The notes: generated from the letters alone by a model not told the origin. Counted from the first letter of the stretch, positions 22,650 to 34,300 are shown. The stretch: 64,000 nucleotides of DNA from an uncultured Candidatus Rokubacteria bacterium (GCA_963754315.1 CAVWFS010000018.1:448001-512000); one strand, 5' to 3'. Numbers and translations are program-made.

Positions 22650-24592
22650 CCTGCCCTCCGGCGTTCGGGCAGGATGGCGAGGATGGTTCCCAAGGTGAGG
22701 ATCAGGCCGCCGACCCAGATCCAGCTCACCAGGCGGTTGATCTGGAGCTTGATGGTGGCATGCGACCCGTCCCGGGCAAAATCGCCGAGGACAAGGTACA
22801 CATCCTCCATCAACCCCAGCCGATAGTCGACACCTGCGATGGGCGTCTGCTCCTGGGGATAGAACTTCTTGGACGGATGCAGGACGGCCAAGGTCGGCCG
22901 GTGGTTGGACACGGTGAACGTCCCGACTACTCGGAAGTGGTTCGATTCCTCACGGGCAGCGAGGCCGTCGAAGCGAACCTTGTAGCCCGCCAACTCGGTC
23001 GCCTCGCCGCGCTTCAGGGTGGTCTCGTTCTGCACCGACCACGCGTGTGAGCCCATCACGCCGAGGGCCACGGTGAGGATGCCGATGTGAACGACGAAGC
23101 CCCCATAGCGACGATTGTGTCGTATCAGCAACCCTCCCATGGCTGACCCCAACCGCTCTCCCATGCGAAGGCGCGCCCGGGTGGCGCGGGTGAAGTCCAC
23201 GACGAGCGTGGCCGCGGTGAACACCGTCAGGCCGAAGGTGAGCACGGTGAGCGCCGATGCGGTGCCCGCCATCCGGAAGATCGCGGCGGCGGCGACTCCG
23301 ATCACCACCGGGGCCAGGAAATTCCGCTTCAGGTTCTCGAGAGAGGCGCGTCGCCAGGCGATGAGAGGACCGATCCCCATCAGGAAGATCAGGGCCAGGA
23401 ACAAGGGGAGATTCACCAGATTGAAGAACGGCGCGCCCACGCTGACCTTTTCCCCGCGTACGGCTTCGGCCAAGAGCGGAAAGACCGTGCCGAAGAAGAC
23501 GGTGAAGGCCGACGCCACCAGGAACACGTTATTCAGGAGGAAGGCCGACTCGCGTGAGACCACGGAATCGAGCTCGCCCTGGGCGCGCAGTGCATCCCAG
23601 CGCCAGGCGATGAGCGCGAGTGAGGCCAGGACCACCAGGGCCAGGAAGGCCAGGAAAAAGACGCCGATCGAACCCTGGGTGAAGGCATGGACGGAGGCGA
23701 TGACGCCGGAGCGCGTGAGAAAGGTGCCGAAGAGAGTCAGGCTGAAGGTGAGCACGACGAGGGAGATATTCCAGAGCTTCAGCATCCGCCTCCGCTCCTG
23801 GATCATGACCGAGTGCAGGAAGGCTGTCCCTGTCAGCCATGGCATGAAGGCCGCGTTCTCCACGGGATCCCACGCCCAGTAGCCCCCCCAGCCAAGCACG
23901 TGGTAGCTCCACCATCCCCCGATGAGGAGGCCGAGCGAGAGGAAGTACCAGGCCACCAGCGTCCACCGCCGCGTGAGGGTGATCCAGGTATCGCCCACCC
24001 GACCCGTGGCGAGGGCGGCCACTGCGAAGGCGAAGGGCACGGTGAAGCCGGTGAAGCCGAGGTAGAGACACACCGGGTGCGTGATCATGCCGGTGTCCTC
24101 CAGGAGCGGGTTGAGTCCTCGCCCGTCGTTGGGAATCGAAGCGATGCGCTGGAAGACCGGGGCCGGCCCCGTCATCACCAGGAGGAAAAAGGCCAGGACG
24201 CCGAGCATGACGGCGAGTACCCACGGATACAGTTCCCGGGCGTTCTGACGGTGGCGTACCACCACGATGAGCGTGTAAAGGGCGAGCATCCAGCCCCACA
24301 GGACAATCGACCCCTCGAGGGCTCCCCAGACCGCGGTGATCCGGTAGTAGAAGGGGGTACCGAGGTTCGTGTTCATGGCCACGTAGCGGATGGAAAAATC
24401 GAACGTAAGGAAGGCGTAGATGAGCATGCCCAGCGCCGCCGTCACCAGCAGGAACACGCCGAGTGCCGCATGCTGTGCGGACAGCACGAGACTCGTGCGG
24501 CCGGTGCGAGCGCCGGCGGCCGCTGCCACGCTGCCGTACAGGGCGAGCAGGAGGGCGACCATGACCGCCCCCGCGCCGATCTCGGGTGTCAC
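22646..24592 (-). CDS. ccmF: Heme lyase CcmF
   Basis: GRGLNPLL, HP, WGGYWAWDPVENA, SVHAF. Confidence 0.95.
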   Translation of the reverse strand: MTPEIGAGAVMVALLLALYGSVAAAAGARTGRTSLVLSAQHAALGVFLLVTAALGMLIYAFLTFDFSIRYVAMNTNLGTPFYYRITAVWGALEGSIVLWGWMLALYTLIVVVRHRQNARELYPWVLAVMLGVLAFFLLVMTGPAPVFQRIASIPNDGRGLNPLLEDTGMITHPVCLYLGFTGFTVPFAFAVAALATGRVGDTWITLTRRWTLVAWYFLSLGLLIGGWWSYHVLGWGGYWAWDPVENAAFMPWLTGTAFLHSVMIQERRRMLKLWNISLVVLTFSLTLFGTFLTRSGVIASVHAFTQGSIGVFFLAFLALVVLASLALIAWRWDALRAQGELDSVVSRESAFLLNNVFLVASAFTVFFGTVFPLLAEAVRGEKVSVGAPFFNLVNLPLFLALIFLMGIGPLIAWRRASLENLKRNFLAPVVIGVAAAAIFRMAGTASALTVLTFGLTVFTAATLVVDFTRATRARLRMGERLGSAMGGLLIRHNRRYGGFVVHIGILTVALGVMGSHAWSVQNETTLKRGEATELAGYKVRFDGLAAREESNHFRVVGTFTVSNHRPTLAVLHPSKKFYPQEQTPIAGVDYRLGLMEDVYLVLGDFARDGSHATIKLQINRLVSWIWVGGLILTLGTILAILPERRRAG

Positions 24593-25029
24593 GGTTGGGT
24601 TCCTTTGAGCGTCTTCATGAGCTCCTTGTAGCCAGGCTGGGAGGCGTTGTGGGGCGCCTTGTACTCCTCCGAGTGCTTGGCGAGAATCAGCGTGGCCCCA
24701 AAATGGCCATCCTGCTGCCAGCGTCCTTCCACCACCGCCCCCCGCCCTTCCCCGAAGAGGTCGGGAGGCGTACCGCGGTGGCGAACGGGAATGACGGCTT
24801 GGCCGTCGGACAGCGTGAATCTGAGATTGAGAGTCTGAGGCTCCCACACGAGGCTTCCAGGGACGACCATACCTCCCAGACGATACGATTTGCCGGCGAC
24901 TGGTGCTGCGCGCAGCTCGGTCGGTGTGACGAAGTAGACCGCCGACTGGGTAACTCCGGCGTAGATGAGATACGCCAGGGCCAGCGCAATCACGGCTCCC
25001 CCCGTTACGAACTTCAGACGGCGGCTCAT
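24589..25029 (-). CDS. ccmE: Heme chaperone CcmE
   Basis: RLGGMV, PDLFGEG, LAKHSEEY (HxxxY). Confidence 0.93.
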   Translation of the reverse strand: MSRRLKFVTGGAVIALALAYLIYAGVTQSAVYFVTPTELRAAPVAGKSYRLGGMVVPGSLVWEPQTLNLRFTLSDGQAVIPVRHRGTPPDLFGEGRGAVVEGRWQQDGHFGATLILAKHSEEYKAPHNASQPGYKELMKTLKGTQP

Positions 25030-25202
25030 GGGGCGGGCGCGTGCGAGCCGCGCTTCGGATCGCTCATCGCCGGTCGGGGACGGCGGCGGAGGTAACGAGT
25101 GTCGAGCTGTCGCGCGCGGCGGGTCAGGTAGCGCCAGTAGGCACCCAGAAAGACCGCCGCCACGGCATAGGCGGCGACAACATAACCCCAGTTGTCTGGC
25201 AT
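25026..25202 (-). CDS. ccmD: Heme exporter protein CcmD
   Basis: Small protein MPDNWGYVVAAY with one TM and basic tail, between ccmC and ccmE. Confidence 0.75.
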   Translation of the reverse strand: MPDNWGYVVAAYAVAAVFLGAYWRYLTRRARQLDTRYLRRRPRPAMSDPKRGSHAPAP

Positions 25203-25867
25203 CAGGCAAGCGCCTCCACCTCGCGACGCAGCAGCCGCACGCGGGTGGCCACGAGGTACGCGTAGAGGAGTACAAAGGCGGCGAGGTTGATATACAGGGC
25301 GTACTTGATCGCATCGCCCGAGATCATCGACGGACCCGGCTTGAGGAGCGACGGAGGCTGGTGCAACGTGCGCCACCAGTACACCGAAAAGTGGACCAGG
25401 GGGACGTTGAGGGGGGCGAGAATGCCCAGGACGGCCGCGAAACGGGCGGCGCGCTCGCCATCCTCGATCATCCCCCGCATGAGCAAGTAGCCAAGGCCCA
25501 TCACGAACAGGATCGTCACGGTAGTCAGCCGCGCGTCCCAGGTCCACCACGTACCCCAGGTGGGCTTGCCCCAGATGGAGCCAGAGACGATCGTGATGGC
25601 CAACAAGACAACGGCGACCTCGGCCGAGGCGCGCGCGAGCCGGTCGGCAAACTCGGACCGCGTCAGGAGATAGGCAATGGAGGCGAAGAACAAGACTCCG
25701 AAGCCGATATACTCTCCGACAATTGCACTCGGCACATGCAGGTACATGATTCGCTGAACGTTGCCCTGGGTGACCTCTCGCGGAGCCACCCCAAAGCCCC
25801 AGACCAGGCCAGCCACGAGCCCCAGCGCGGTCATCCAGCCCAATGCGCGCATGGTCATTCGTCTCAA
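25202..25867 (-). CDS. ccmC: Heme exporter CcmC
   Basis: YLHVP, WGKPTWGTWWTWDARLT (WWD motif), WRTLHQ. Confidence 0.95.
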   Translation of the reverse strand: MRRMTMRALGWMTALGLVAGLVWGFGVAPREVTQGNVQRIMYLHVPSAIVGEYIGFGVLFFASIAYLLTRSEFADRLARASAEVAVVLLAITIVSGSIWGKPTWGTWWTWDARLTTVTILFVMGLGYLLMRGMIEDGERAARFAAVLGILAPLNVPLVHFSVYWWRTLHQPPSLLKPGPSMISGDAIKYALYINLAAFVLLYAYLVATRVRLLRREVEALA

Positions 25868-26541
25868 CCTTCGAGGATGAACTCGAACGTGAGAAATCCT
25901 GCGACCAGGAAGATGACGTCCGCTGCCCCCAGAAGCCCCAGCCAGTGGCTGACCGAGGCCAGCCCATCCCTGGAGAGAACGGCCTCGGTGGCCCTCACGG
26001 TTCCCAGCAGCAGCGGCACCTGCAGGGGCAGCACGAGGACGGGAAAGAGCAGCTCCCGGGCCCGGACGTGCGCGGTCATCCCTGCGAAAAGAGTTCCCAG
26101 GGCAGCCAGCCCAACCGTGCCCAGCCCGATGACGGCCAGGAGGGCGGGGAGCACGTCGGCAAGGTCGACGTTGAAGAACACCACGAAGAGTAACAAGACC
26201 AAGGCTTCGACCGCGAACATCAGCAAGAGATTGCCGGCCAGCTTGCCCAGATAGATCGCCGACTTGTCTCCCGGAGCGAGCAGGAGACCTTCCCAGCAGT
26301 CGTTCTCGCGCTCGATCAGAAAACTTCGCCCGAGTGCGAGCAGACCGGCGAGGACGAAGCCGAGCCAGAGTAACCCGGGCAGCGCGGCGGCCAGGTGGTC
26401 ACGATCTCCTCCGAGGGCGAACTGGAACAGAAAGAGGAGCAACAGCGAGAAGAAGACGAGCGCGTTGAGCGTTTCCTTGGAGCGGCATTCGATCAGCACG
26501 TCCTTCCACAGGACGACGAAGGCGCGGCGGCCGAAGCTCAT
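25864..26541 (-). CDS. ccmB: Heme exporter permease CcmB
   Basis: KDVLIECRS, GLLW, RSFLIERE, LFPVLVLPL; own ATG at 26541. Confidence 0.9.
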   Translation of the reverse strand: MSFGRRAFVVLWKDVLIECRSKETLNALVFFSLLLLFLFQFALGGDRDHLAAALPGLLWLGFVLAGLLALGRSFLIERENDCWEGLLLAPGDKSAIYLGKLAGNLLLMFAVEALVLLLFVVFFNVDLADVLPALLAVIGLGTVGLAALGTLFAGMTAHVRARELLFPVLVLPLQVPLLLGTVRATEAVLSRDGLASVSHWLGLLGAADVIFLVAGFLTFEFILEG

Positions 26542-27252
26542 ACCTGACCCTCGACGTGCAAGGCATACAACCGCTGGAGATCGTCGACGGTAAGACCTTC
26601 GCGAAGCACGGTCAGCTGCCACCCGGCCTTCGGCCAGGATCGCTACGCGGTCGACCACGTCGAGCTCGCGGCCGAAACTGTGCGTGCTCATGACAATGGC
26701 CGCGCCCCGAGCCTTGCGCGCGAGGAGATGCTCCTGCAACCATTTCGCCGCTCGCTGATCGAGGCTGGCGAACGGCTCGTCGAGGAGAAGGACGCGGGGC
26801 GACGCCAGCGCGAGCCGCGCCAGGGAGAGCCGGCGCTGCATTCCCGCCGAGAGTGTCCGGACCTTCTCATCGGCCACCGTCTCCAGCTCGACCGCGGCCA
26901 GTGCGCTCAGAATCGCCTCCCGCCCCACCCGTTTGCCCGTCAGCTCGGTCCAGAAGCGGAGATTCTCGGCCGCCGTTAGGTCCTCGTACAGATGGGAGCC
27001 GTGGGCCACATAGCCGATCTCGCGGCGCACGCGCTCAGCCTCCTGCACGCAGTCATGGCCGGCCACGGTGACCGTTCCGGCAGAAGGACGGGCGAGCGTC
27101 GCGATGATCCTCAGGAGGGTCGTCTTGCCAGCCCCGTTGGCCCCGAGCAGGGCGAGCGACTCTCCCGGCTGAACCTCGAGACCGACGCCGTCCAGCACGA
27201 AGTGAACGCCGTACCGCTTTCGGAGGTCGGCGACGCGGATGAGGGGAACCAA
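26538..27252 (-). CDS. ccmA: Heme exporter ATPase CcmA (apparent fusion to CcmB caused by a frameshift near 26600)
   Basis: GANGAGKT, LSAGMQRR, LDEPF; alternative frame gives GLTVDDLQRLYALHVEGQV* ending in an ATGA overlap with ccmB. Confidence 0.88.
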
Positions 27253-27268
27253 GCGCCGTCATTGTCCC

Positions 27269-27340
27269 CTAGGGGGCAGGGCTGGTCAAGAAACCCGCAG
27301 GGTTGCCCGTGGGAATTGGGCCCTATTTCGGGCCCCCATC
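27269..27340 (+). repeat. Degenerate REP-like copy between htpX and ccmA
   Basis: ctagggggc...gggccctatttcgggcccc resembles the family terminal hairpin. Confidence 0.45.
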
Positions 27341-27349
27341 TAACTCAAT

Positions 27350-28198
27350 TCAAATCCGCATGGTCTGAAGACGAGCGATGCGCTCCTCCAGCGGTGGGTG
27401 CGTGGAGAACAGCTTCATCAAGGCCTGACCACTGAGCGGGTTCACGATGAACAGGTGGGCGGTCGCCGGTGAGGCGCCCATTGGGGCCACTTGGTTCGCC
27501 ATCTGTAACTTTCGAAGCGCGTTGATCAGCCCTGGGGTTCGCCCGGCGAAGCGGGCTCCGGAGGCGTCGGCCTGATACTCACGGGCGCGGGAGACAGCCA
27601 TCTGCACGAGCATGGCGGCGATCGGCGCCAGGAAGGCCAGCAGCAGGGCCGTGATGGGGTTGGTTCCACCCTCCTCATGGTCCCCACGTCGGCCGCCGAA
27701 CATCGCGGCCCACTGGGCCATGTGCGCGAGGTAGGTGATGGCACCAGCCAGGGTAGCGGCGATGCTCGAGATGAGGATATCCCGGTTGGCCACGTGGGCC
27801 AGCTCGTGAGCGAGCACCCCCTCCAGCTCGTCCTCGTCGAGGATGCGCATGATCCCTTCTGTCACCGCCACCACCGCATGCTGCGGATTGCGGCCGGTGG
27901 CGAAGGCGTTGGGCGTATCATTCGGAACCAGGTAGACGCGCGGCATCGGAATGCCGGCCCGGGTTGCCAGGCGCCTCACGATCCCGTACAGGCGAGGCGC
28001 TTGGCTCTCTTCGATTGGCTTGGCACGGTAGGCGGCCAGCACGATCTTGTCGGAGAACCAGTAGCTCGCAAAGTTCATGACGACGGCGAGCCCGAAGGCC
28101 ATGACCATTCCCTGCTGACCACCGATGGCGCCTCCGATGAGCACCAGCAGGACGGTGAGCACGGCGAGCAGAAGCCCCGTCTTGAAAACGTTCGACAT
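27350..28198 (-). CDS. htpX: Zinc metalloprotease HtpX (M48)
   Basis: [29 protein letters not shown]. Confidence 0.96.
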   Translation of the reverse strand: MSNVFKTGLLLAVLTVLLVLIGGAIGGQQGMVMAFGLAVVMNFASYWFSDKIVLAAYRAKPIEESQAPRLYGIVRRLATRAGIPMPRVYLVPNDTPNAFATGRNPQHAVVAVTEGIMRILDEDELEGVLAHELAHVANRDILISSIAATLAGAITYLAHMAQWAAMFGGRRGDHEEGGTNPITALLLAFLAPIAAMLVQMAVSRAREYQADASGARFAGRTPGLINALRKLQMANQVAPMGASPATAHLFIVNPLSGQALMKLFSTHPPLEERIARLQTMRI

Positions 28199-28280
28199 AC
28201 CCCGAGTCTCCTCGAGCGCGAAGCAGTTTCAGCGAGGGTATCAGAGGACCCCTGGGGGGTCAAATCGAAGGGTAATTGCC

Positions 28281-28309
28281 TTGACTTGGGCGCGCACGGT
28301 CGATATACT
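28281..28309 (+). promoter_or_regulatory. Sigma70 promoter of the yceD-rpmF-fab operon
   Basis: TTGACT-N17-TATACT. Confidence 0.75.
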
Positions 28310-28362
28310 GGCCCGGTTTCATAGAAAGATCTTTTCTGACGGACACTTACCAGGAACGAGCG

Positions 28363-28887
28363 GTGATCATCCGGGTTTCGGATCTCCCAGGGGAAGGCCT
28401 GACCATCGACGACCGGGCCAGGCTAAGCTTGGCCTACCAGGACCGTTCTTGGCACCTGGAAGGTGTGCGCCTGCACGTCGCCCGCAACGGGATGGAGGTA
28501 GTGGTGACGGGCGACGTCGACGCCACCGTTCCCCAAACATGTGGACGCTGTCTCGAAGCGTTTCCGGTCGTGGTGCACGCGGCGATCGATCTGCGCGTCA
28601 TGCCTCGACCGGCCAGCGCGGACAGCCACGAGCTGTCGCCTGACGATTTCGAGACAGACTTCTACGCCGACGACCAGCTCGACCTCGCTGCCATGGTGGA
28701 GACGGAGACGACACTCGCCCTTCCCATGAAACCCCTGTGTCGTTCGGATTGCCGGGGACTCTGTCCGGCGTGCGGAGGCAACCGTAACCTCGTCGCCTGT
28801 GCGTGCCCCGAGCACCCGCCGGACCCCCGCCTAGGTGGGCTTCGTGGTCTGGCGGCGCGGCTCGATCACTCGAGATCGGATCACTGA
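28363..28887 (+). CDS. yceD: YceD/DUF177 protein
   Basis: CGRCL, LPMKPLCRSDCRGLCPACG, DPR; precedes rpmF. Confidence 0.9.
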   Translation: MIIRVSDLPGEGLTIDDRARLSLAYQDRSWHLEGVRLHVARNGMEVVVTGDVDATVPQTCGRCLEAFPVVVHAAIDLRVMPRPASADSHELSPDDFETDFYADDQLDLAAMVETETTLALPMKPLCRSDCRGLCPACGGNRNLVACACPEHPPDPRLGGLRGLAARLDHSRSDH

Positions 28888-28902
28888 AGGGAGAATTGCC
28901 TC

Positions 28903-29085
28903 ATGCCCCTGCCGAAGCGACGACACTCGCGGGCACGTGGACGCAAGCGCCGCACGCACTACAAACTGGCCGCGCCCACAGCCTCGCAGTGCCCGCAGTG
29001 TCGCGAAGTCAAGCTGCCGCACCGGATTTGTCCGCACTGCGGGTACTACCGAGGCCGGGAGATCGTCGCCACCGAAGGCGCCTGA
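28903..29085 (+). CDS. rpmF: 50S ribosomal protein L32 (Zn-binding form)
   Basis: PKRRHS..RRTH, CPQC, PHRICPHCGYY. Confidence 0.97.
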   Translation: MPLPKRRHSRARGRKRRTHYKLAAPTASQCPQCREVKLPHRICPHCGYYRGREIVATEGA

Positions 29086-29103
29086 GCGGGCCCCGGCTGC
29101 TGT

Positions 29104-30126
29104 ATGAAGATCGCCGTCGACGCCATGGGAGGTGACCATGGACCCGCGGTGGTCGTCGAGGGGGCGGTCGTCGCTCAACAGGAGTTTGGCGTGTCCGTCA
29201 TCCTGGTCGGAGACCAAGGGGCCATCAAAGGGGGGCTCGACCGACTCGGCGTGCGCGGGCCGGCCGTCGAGATCCGACATGCCTCGCAGGTGGTGGGCAT
29301 GGCCGAGAGCCCGTCGCAAGCTCTGCGTCGTAAGCGTGATTCCTCGCTGCGCGTGGCAGCCGAATTAGTGCGGGATGGTCATGCCTCGGCATTCGTGTCG
29401 GCCGGCAACACGGGCGCGGCCATGGCCATCGCAATGTTCACCATCGGGGTCCTGCGGGGGGTGGACCGACCAGCCATCGCCGCCGTCCTGCCGAACCTGA
29501 AGCGTTACATGGTCCTCCTCGACGTGGGCGCGAACGTCAATCCCAAGCCGTGGCATCTATTCCAGTTCGCGGTGATGGGGCATGTCTATGCGCGGGACAT
29601 CCTCGGTATCGAGCGGCCGCGAGTCGGCTTGCTCTCGGTGGGTGAGGAGGAGGGCAAGGGTAACGACCTGACGCGCGAGGCCTACGACGAGTTGCGGGAG
29701 TCGTCGCTCAACTTTGTAGGCAATGTGGAGGGGCGCGACATCTATAACGGGACCTGCGACGTGGTTGTCACCGACGGGTTCACCGGAAACGTCGCCCTCA
29801 AGATCTCGGAGAGCCTCGCCGACATGCTGGGGGTCATGGTCAAGGAGGAACTGGGCCGCGACCTTCGTTCTCGCATGGGCGCTGCCCTGGCGCTGCCGGC
29901 GTTCCAGCGAGTTCGAAAGCGCGTAGATTACACCGAGATGGGAGGAGCACCCCTGCTGGGCATCGACGGGGCCGCCGTGATCTCGCACGGTTCGTCGCCG
30001 CCCAAAGCCATCAAGAACGCCATACGGGTAGCTGCTGAATGGGCCAAAGCGGGGCTGAACGAGCACATCAAGGCGGCGCTGGACGCCGAGCTCACGCGTA
30101 GCCAACGGGAGGGAGGCCGCGAATGA
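29104..30126 (+). CDS. plsX: Phosphate acyltransferase PlsX
   Basis: IAVDAMGGD, SAGNTGA, DRPA, DGFTGN, HGSS. Confidence 0.97.
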   Translation: MKIAVDAMGGDHGPAVVVEGAVVAQQEFGVSVILVGDQGAIKGGLDRLGVRGPAVEIRHASQVVGMAESPSQALRRKRDSSLRVAAELVRDGHASAFVSAGNTGAAMAIAMFTIGVLRGVDRPAIAAVLPNLKRYMVLLDVGANVNPKPWHLFQFAVMGHVYARDILGIERPRVGLLSVGEEEGKGNDLTREAYDELRESSLNFVGNVEGRDIYNGTCDVVVTDGFTGNVALKISESLADMLGVMVKEELGRDLRSRMGAALALPAFQRVRKRVDYTEMGGAPLLGIDGAAVISHGSSPPKAIKNAIRVAAEWAKAGLNEHIKAALDAELTRSQREGGRE

Positions 30127-31104
30127 CGCGGGCCAAGATCATCGGGGTGGGAGCGTATGCACCCAAGCGCGTCGTCACCAACGCCGACCTCACGCAGTTG
30201 GTCGACACCAGCGATGAATGGATCGCCCAGCGCACCGGGATCCGTGAGCGCCGAGTGGCCGACGAGACGGAGACGACCTCCGATCTGGCCGTGAAGGCGG
30301 CTCAGCAGGCGTTGGAGCGCGCCAATCTCACTCCGGACGACATCGACTTCATCGTGGTCGGTACGACCAGCTCCGATATGCAATTTCCCTCCACCGCGAA
30401 CTATGTTCAGTACAAGCTCGGCTGCCGCAAGACGGGTTCCGTCGACGTGTGGGCTGCGTGTACGGGCTCCATCTACAGTCTGTCCATCGGAGCCCAGTTC
30501 ATCCAGACTGGGAAGTATTCACGTGTGCTCTGTATCGGGGCCGAAACCCTGTCGCGCATCACCGATTTCACGGACCGCGCCACCTGCGTGCTGTTGGCAG
30601 ACGCGGCAGGGGCGGTGATCCTCGGCCCCTCGCCGGACGACGGGCGGGCTGATCGACGCCGACCTTTATTCGGACGGCGCGCATTGGGAGCTTCTCTACA
30701 TGCCCGGCGGCGGCTCCAAGCACCCGGCCTCCCACGAGACGGTCGACGCACGGATGCACTTTGCCAAGATGAAGGGAAGCGAGTTGTTCAAGGTCGCGGT
30801 ACGGATGTTCACCGAGTCGGCGGCGACGATCTTGACCCGTCACGGCTTCACGGCGGCCGATGTGGATCTGTTCGTACCCCACCAGGCCAACCTCCGCATC
30901 ATCGAGGCGGCCGCCAAACGGCTTGAACTGCCGATGGACAAGGTCTTCATCAATCTCGACCGCTACGGCAACACCGGTGCTGCCTCCGTCTACCTTGCTC
31001 TCGAGGAAGCCGTCAGCGCGGGCCGGGTCAAGCCGGGCAATCTCGTGCTCATGGCCGCCTTCGGGGGTGGCGTCACCTGGGGTGCCGCGCTATACCGATG
31101 GTGA
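30123..31104 (+). CDS. fabH: 3-oxoacyl-ACP synthase III, frameshifted near 30646
   Basis: DTSDEWI, AACTG in the first frame; PHQAN, GNT, FGGG in the second frame. Confidence 0.9.
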
Positions 31105-32036
31105 TCGCCTTTCTCTTTCCGGGTCAGGGTTCACAAGTCGTCGGCATGGGTCGGGGATTTTATGAGAGCTCGGCGCGGGCCAAGGCCATCTTCGAGGAGG
31201 CCAACGACGCTCTGGGCACCGACCTCACCCGAATCATCTTCGAAGGACCCGAAGCGGATCTCGCGCTGACGACCAATACGCAGCCGGCCGTGCTGACGGT
31301 GAGCATGGCAGCGGCGGCCGTGTGCGACGAGCACGGATTGCGTCCTGCTTTCGCGGCCGGGCACAGCCTGGGTGAATACTCGGCGTTGGTGGTGGCCGGC
31401 GCCCTCAAATTCGCCGATGCCGTGCGGGTGGTACGCAAGCGAGGCGAGTTCATGCAGGTGGCGGTGCCAGTCGGGACCGGGGCCATGGCCGCCCTCATGG
31501 GACTCGATCTGACCGCAGTGGAGGCGCTGTGCGCGGAGGCGGCCCAAGGCGAGGTGGTTGACGTCGCGAATATCAACTCGGCAGCTCAGATCGTGATCGC
31601 CGGCCACCGGCCGGCCGTCGAGCGCGCGGTTGCCCAAGCCAGCGCCAAGGGGAGTCGTGTCAAGAGCGTGTTACTCCCCGTCAGTGCTCCCTTCCACTGT
31701 GCGCTCATGGCGCCGGCGGCCGAGCGCCTGGCTGACGAGCTGGCCGACGTGCCCGTCGCCGACCCGCGCCTGCCTGTTGTCCGCAATGCAGACGGGGGAG
31801 TCACGCGGACGGCGGCCGAGGTCAAGCCCTTCCTCCTCCGTCAGGTGGCGAGCCCCGTGCGCTGGGCGGATTGCATGCATCGGCTGGCCGACGAGGGCGC
31901 CACCACATTCGTCGAGGTGGGCCCGGGACGCGTGCTGTCCGGCCTTGTGAAGCGCATTGTCGAGGGCGCCACGGGATGGTCCGTTGAGGATCCGGCCGGA
32001 CTGGACCGAGCCCTGGCCGCTCTCGGGCCCCGGTGA
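31098..32036 (+). CDS. fabD: Malonyl-CoA:ACP transacylase
   Basis: FPGQGSQ, TQPA, GHSLGEY, SAPFH. Confidence 0.96.
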   Translation: MVIAFLFPGQGSQVVGMGRGFYESSARAKAIFEEANDALGTDLTRIIFEGPEADLALTTNTQPAVLTVSMAAAAVCDEHGLRPAFAAGHSLGEYSALVVAGALKFADAVRVVRKRGEFMQVAVPVGTGAMAALMGLDLTAVEALCAEAAQGEVVDVANINSAAQIVIAGHRPAVERAVAQASAKGSRVKSVLLPVSAPFHCALMAPAAERLADELADVPVADPRLPVVRNADGGVTRTAAEVKPFLLRQVASPVRWADCMHRLADEGATTFVEVGPGRVLSGLVKRIVEGATGWSVEDPAGLDRALAALGPR

Positions 32037-32776
32037 GCGAGCTCCGAGGCAAAGTCGCCGTGGTGACGGGCGGCAGCCGCGGCATAGGGGCAGCCATTGC
32101 CGCCTTGCTGGCCGAGCGTGGTGCGGCCGTGGTAGTGTCGGGCCGCGACGAGAACCGCTTGAAGGCGGCCGTGCAGGCGATGGAGGTGGAGGGGCGTTCC
32201 GTGGTGGGTGTCGTGGCGGACGCCGCGCGCCGTGAGGACGCCGAGCGCCTGGTCGAGGCAGCTCGGTCCGAGTTCGGCCGGCTCGATGTCCTGGTGAACA
32301 ATGCCGGGATCACGCGCGACGCGCTCCTGGTGAGAATGAAGGACGACGACTGGGACCGCGTCATGGAGATTAACCTGCGCGGAGCGTTCCTGATGACCCG
32401 GGCCGCCGGCCGCGTGATGATGCGGCAGAGGAGTGGTCGCATTGTCAATATCACGTCGACGGGGGGCGTGATGGGCAATGCCGGTCAGGCCAACTACTCG
32501 GCGGCCAAGGCGGGTCTCATCGGGCTCACCAAGGCCACCGCCCGGGAGCTGGCGCACTGGCAGATCCTCGTCAATGCGGTGGCGCCGGGACTCATCGAGA
32601 CTGACATGGCGGCGGCTCTACCAGCCGCCGCCCGGGAAGCCCTGCTCGCTCAGATCCCGCTGGGGCGGGTGGGGACGGTGCGCGAGGTGGCCGAGATGGT
32701 AGGATTCCTGGCCGGAGAAGGCTCCGCCTACGTGACGGGACAGGTGTTTCACGTCAACGGCGGCTTGTACATGTAG
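32033..32776 (+). CDS. fabG: 3-oxoacyl-ACP reductase
   Basis: [21 protein letters not shown], operon context. Confidence 0.95.
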   Translation: MSELRGKVAVVTGGSRGIGAAIAALLAERGAAVVVSGRDENRLKAAVQAMEVEGRSVVGVVADAARREDAERLVEAARSEFGRLDVLVNNAGITRDALLVRMKDDDWDRVMEINLRGAFLMTRAAGRVMMRQRSGRIVNITSTGGVMGNAGQANYSAAKAGLIGLTKATARELAHWQILVNAVAPGLIETDMAAALPAAAREALLAQIPLGRVGTVREVAEMVGFLAGEGSAYVTGQVFHVNGGLYM

Positions 32777-32816
32777 CGAGACGTTCAGCGAATCTCTCGT
32801 TGGAGGAAACGAGTTC

Positions 32817-33053
32817 ATGGCGAAGTCGGTCGAGGAGAAGGTGAAAGAGATCATCGTCGAGCAGCTTGGCGTCGAGGAGGATGACGTCACCCCCAACGCC
32901 AAGTTCATCGAGGATCTAGGAGCGGACTCGCTGGACACGGTCGAGCTCGTCATGGCGTTGGAGGAGCACTTCGACATCCAGATCCCCGACGAGGATGCGG
33001 AGAAGATCTCCACCGTGGGCGAGGCCATCGAGTACATCAAGGAACACATGTAG
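32817..33053 (+). CDS. acpP: Acyl carrier protein
   Basis: [12 protein letters not shown]. Confidence 0.98.
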   Translation: MAKSVEEKVKEIIVEQLGVEEDDVTPNAKFIEDLGADSLDTVELVMALEEHFDIQIPDEDAEKISTVGEAIEYIKEHM

Positions 33054-34300
33054 TGGTGGACACACGACGAGTCGTCGTCACCGGCGTCGGTGCCCTCACG
33101 CCGGTGGGGAACACGGCCGAGGAGTTTTGGTCGGCCCTCGTCGAGGGGCGGTCGGGAATCGGCGCCATCACCCGATTCGACGCCTCAGGCTATCCGACCC
33201 GTATTGCCGGCGAGATCCGCAACTTCGATCCCCTGAAGTACGTCGACAAGAAGGAGGCCCGTCGCCTCGATCCCTACCTTCACTACGCGATGGCCTGCGC
33301 CTGTATGGCGGTCGAGGACGCCAGCCTGGACACCGCGTCCGTCGACGGCGAGCGTTTCGGGGTGATGATCGGCTCAGGGATCGGGGGGATCACGACCCTC
33401 CTGGAGGGCGAGCGCACGCGCATCGAGAAGGGGTTCGATCGCGTCTCGCCTTTCGTAATTCCCATGCTCATCATCAACATGGCGTCGGGGCTGGTCTCCA
33501 TGCGTTTCGGGGCCAAGGGGCCCAACTCCTCGGTCGTGACCGCGTGCGCGACGGGCAACCACGCCATCGGTGACGCCTACCGGATCATCGCGCGCGGCGA
33601 GGCCGATGTGATGATCGCGGGAGGGGCCGAGGCCATGATCGTCCCGCTCACGGTGGCCGGCTTCTGCGCCATGAAGGCCATGTCGACCCGCAATGACGAA
33701 CCCGAGAAAGCCTCTCGACCCTTCGACGCGGGGCGGGACGGGTTTGTGTGCAGCGAGGGTGGGGGCATTCTCATCCTGGAGGCGCTCGACCACGCGCGGG
33801 GTCGCGACGTCCGTATCTACGGCGAGATCGTCGGCTACGGTATGAGCGGAGACGCTCACCACATGACCGCGCCCGATCCGGATGGGGACGGTGCCGCCAG
33901 GGCCATGCGAGCGGCCCTCCGCGACGCCCGCGTCGCACCGACCGAGGTGGGCTACATAAACGCCCACGGCACCTCGACGCCCTACAACGACAAGTTCGAG
34001 ACGCAGGCGATCAAGCGGGTCTTCGGGGAACACGCGGCGCGACTTGCGGTGTCGTCGACCAAGTCGATGACCGGTCACTTGCTGGGAGCGGCCGGCGGCA
34101 TCGAAGCCATCGCCACCCTGCTCGCCATTCACAACGGGCTGCTCCCCCCCACCATCAACTATGAGACGCCCGACCCGGAGTGCGATCTCGACTACGTACC
34201 GAACCATGCCCGGAAACAGGAGGTCGAGGTCGCGCTCTCGAATGCCTTTGGCTTCGGCGGCACCAACGCGACCCTCGTCTTCCGCAAGTTTCACGGATAG
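33053..34300 (+). CDS. fabF: 3-oxoacyl-ACP synthase II
   Basis: [29 protein letters not shown]. Confidence 0.97.
   Translation: MVDTRRVVVTGVGALTPVGNTAEEFWSALVEGRSGIGAITRFDASGYPTRIAGEIRNFDPLKYVDKKEARRLDPYLHYAMACACMAVEDASLDTASVDGERFGVMIGSGIGGITTLLEGERTRIEKGFDRVSPFVIPMLIINMASGLVSMRFGAKGPNSSVVTACATGNHAIGDAYRIIARGEADVMIAGGAEAMIVPLTVAGFCAMKAMSTRNDEPEKASRPFDAGRDGFVCSEGGGILILEALDHARGRDVRIYGEIVGYGMSGDAHHMTAPDPDGDGAARAMRAALRDARVAPTEVGYINAHGTSTPYNDKFETQAIKRVFGEHAARLAVSSTKSMTGHLLGAAGGIEAIATLLAIHNGLLPPTINYETPDPECDLDYVPNHARKQEVEVALSNAFGFGGTNATLVFRKFHG

Noticed and set aside
25864..27252. Apparent CcmA-CcmB fusion (462 aa ORF)
   Set aside because: Another frame gives a natural CcmA C-terminus ending in an ATGA overlap with ccmB; one indel near 26600 explains the fusion
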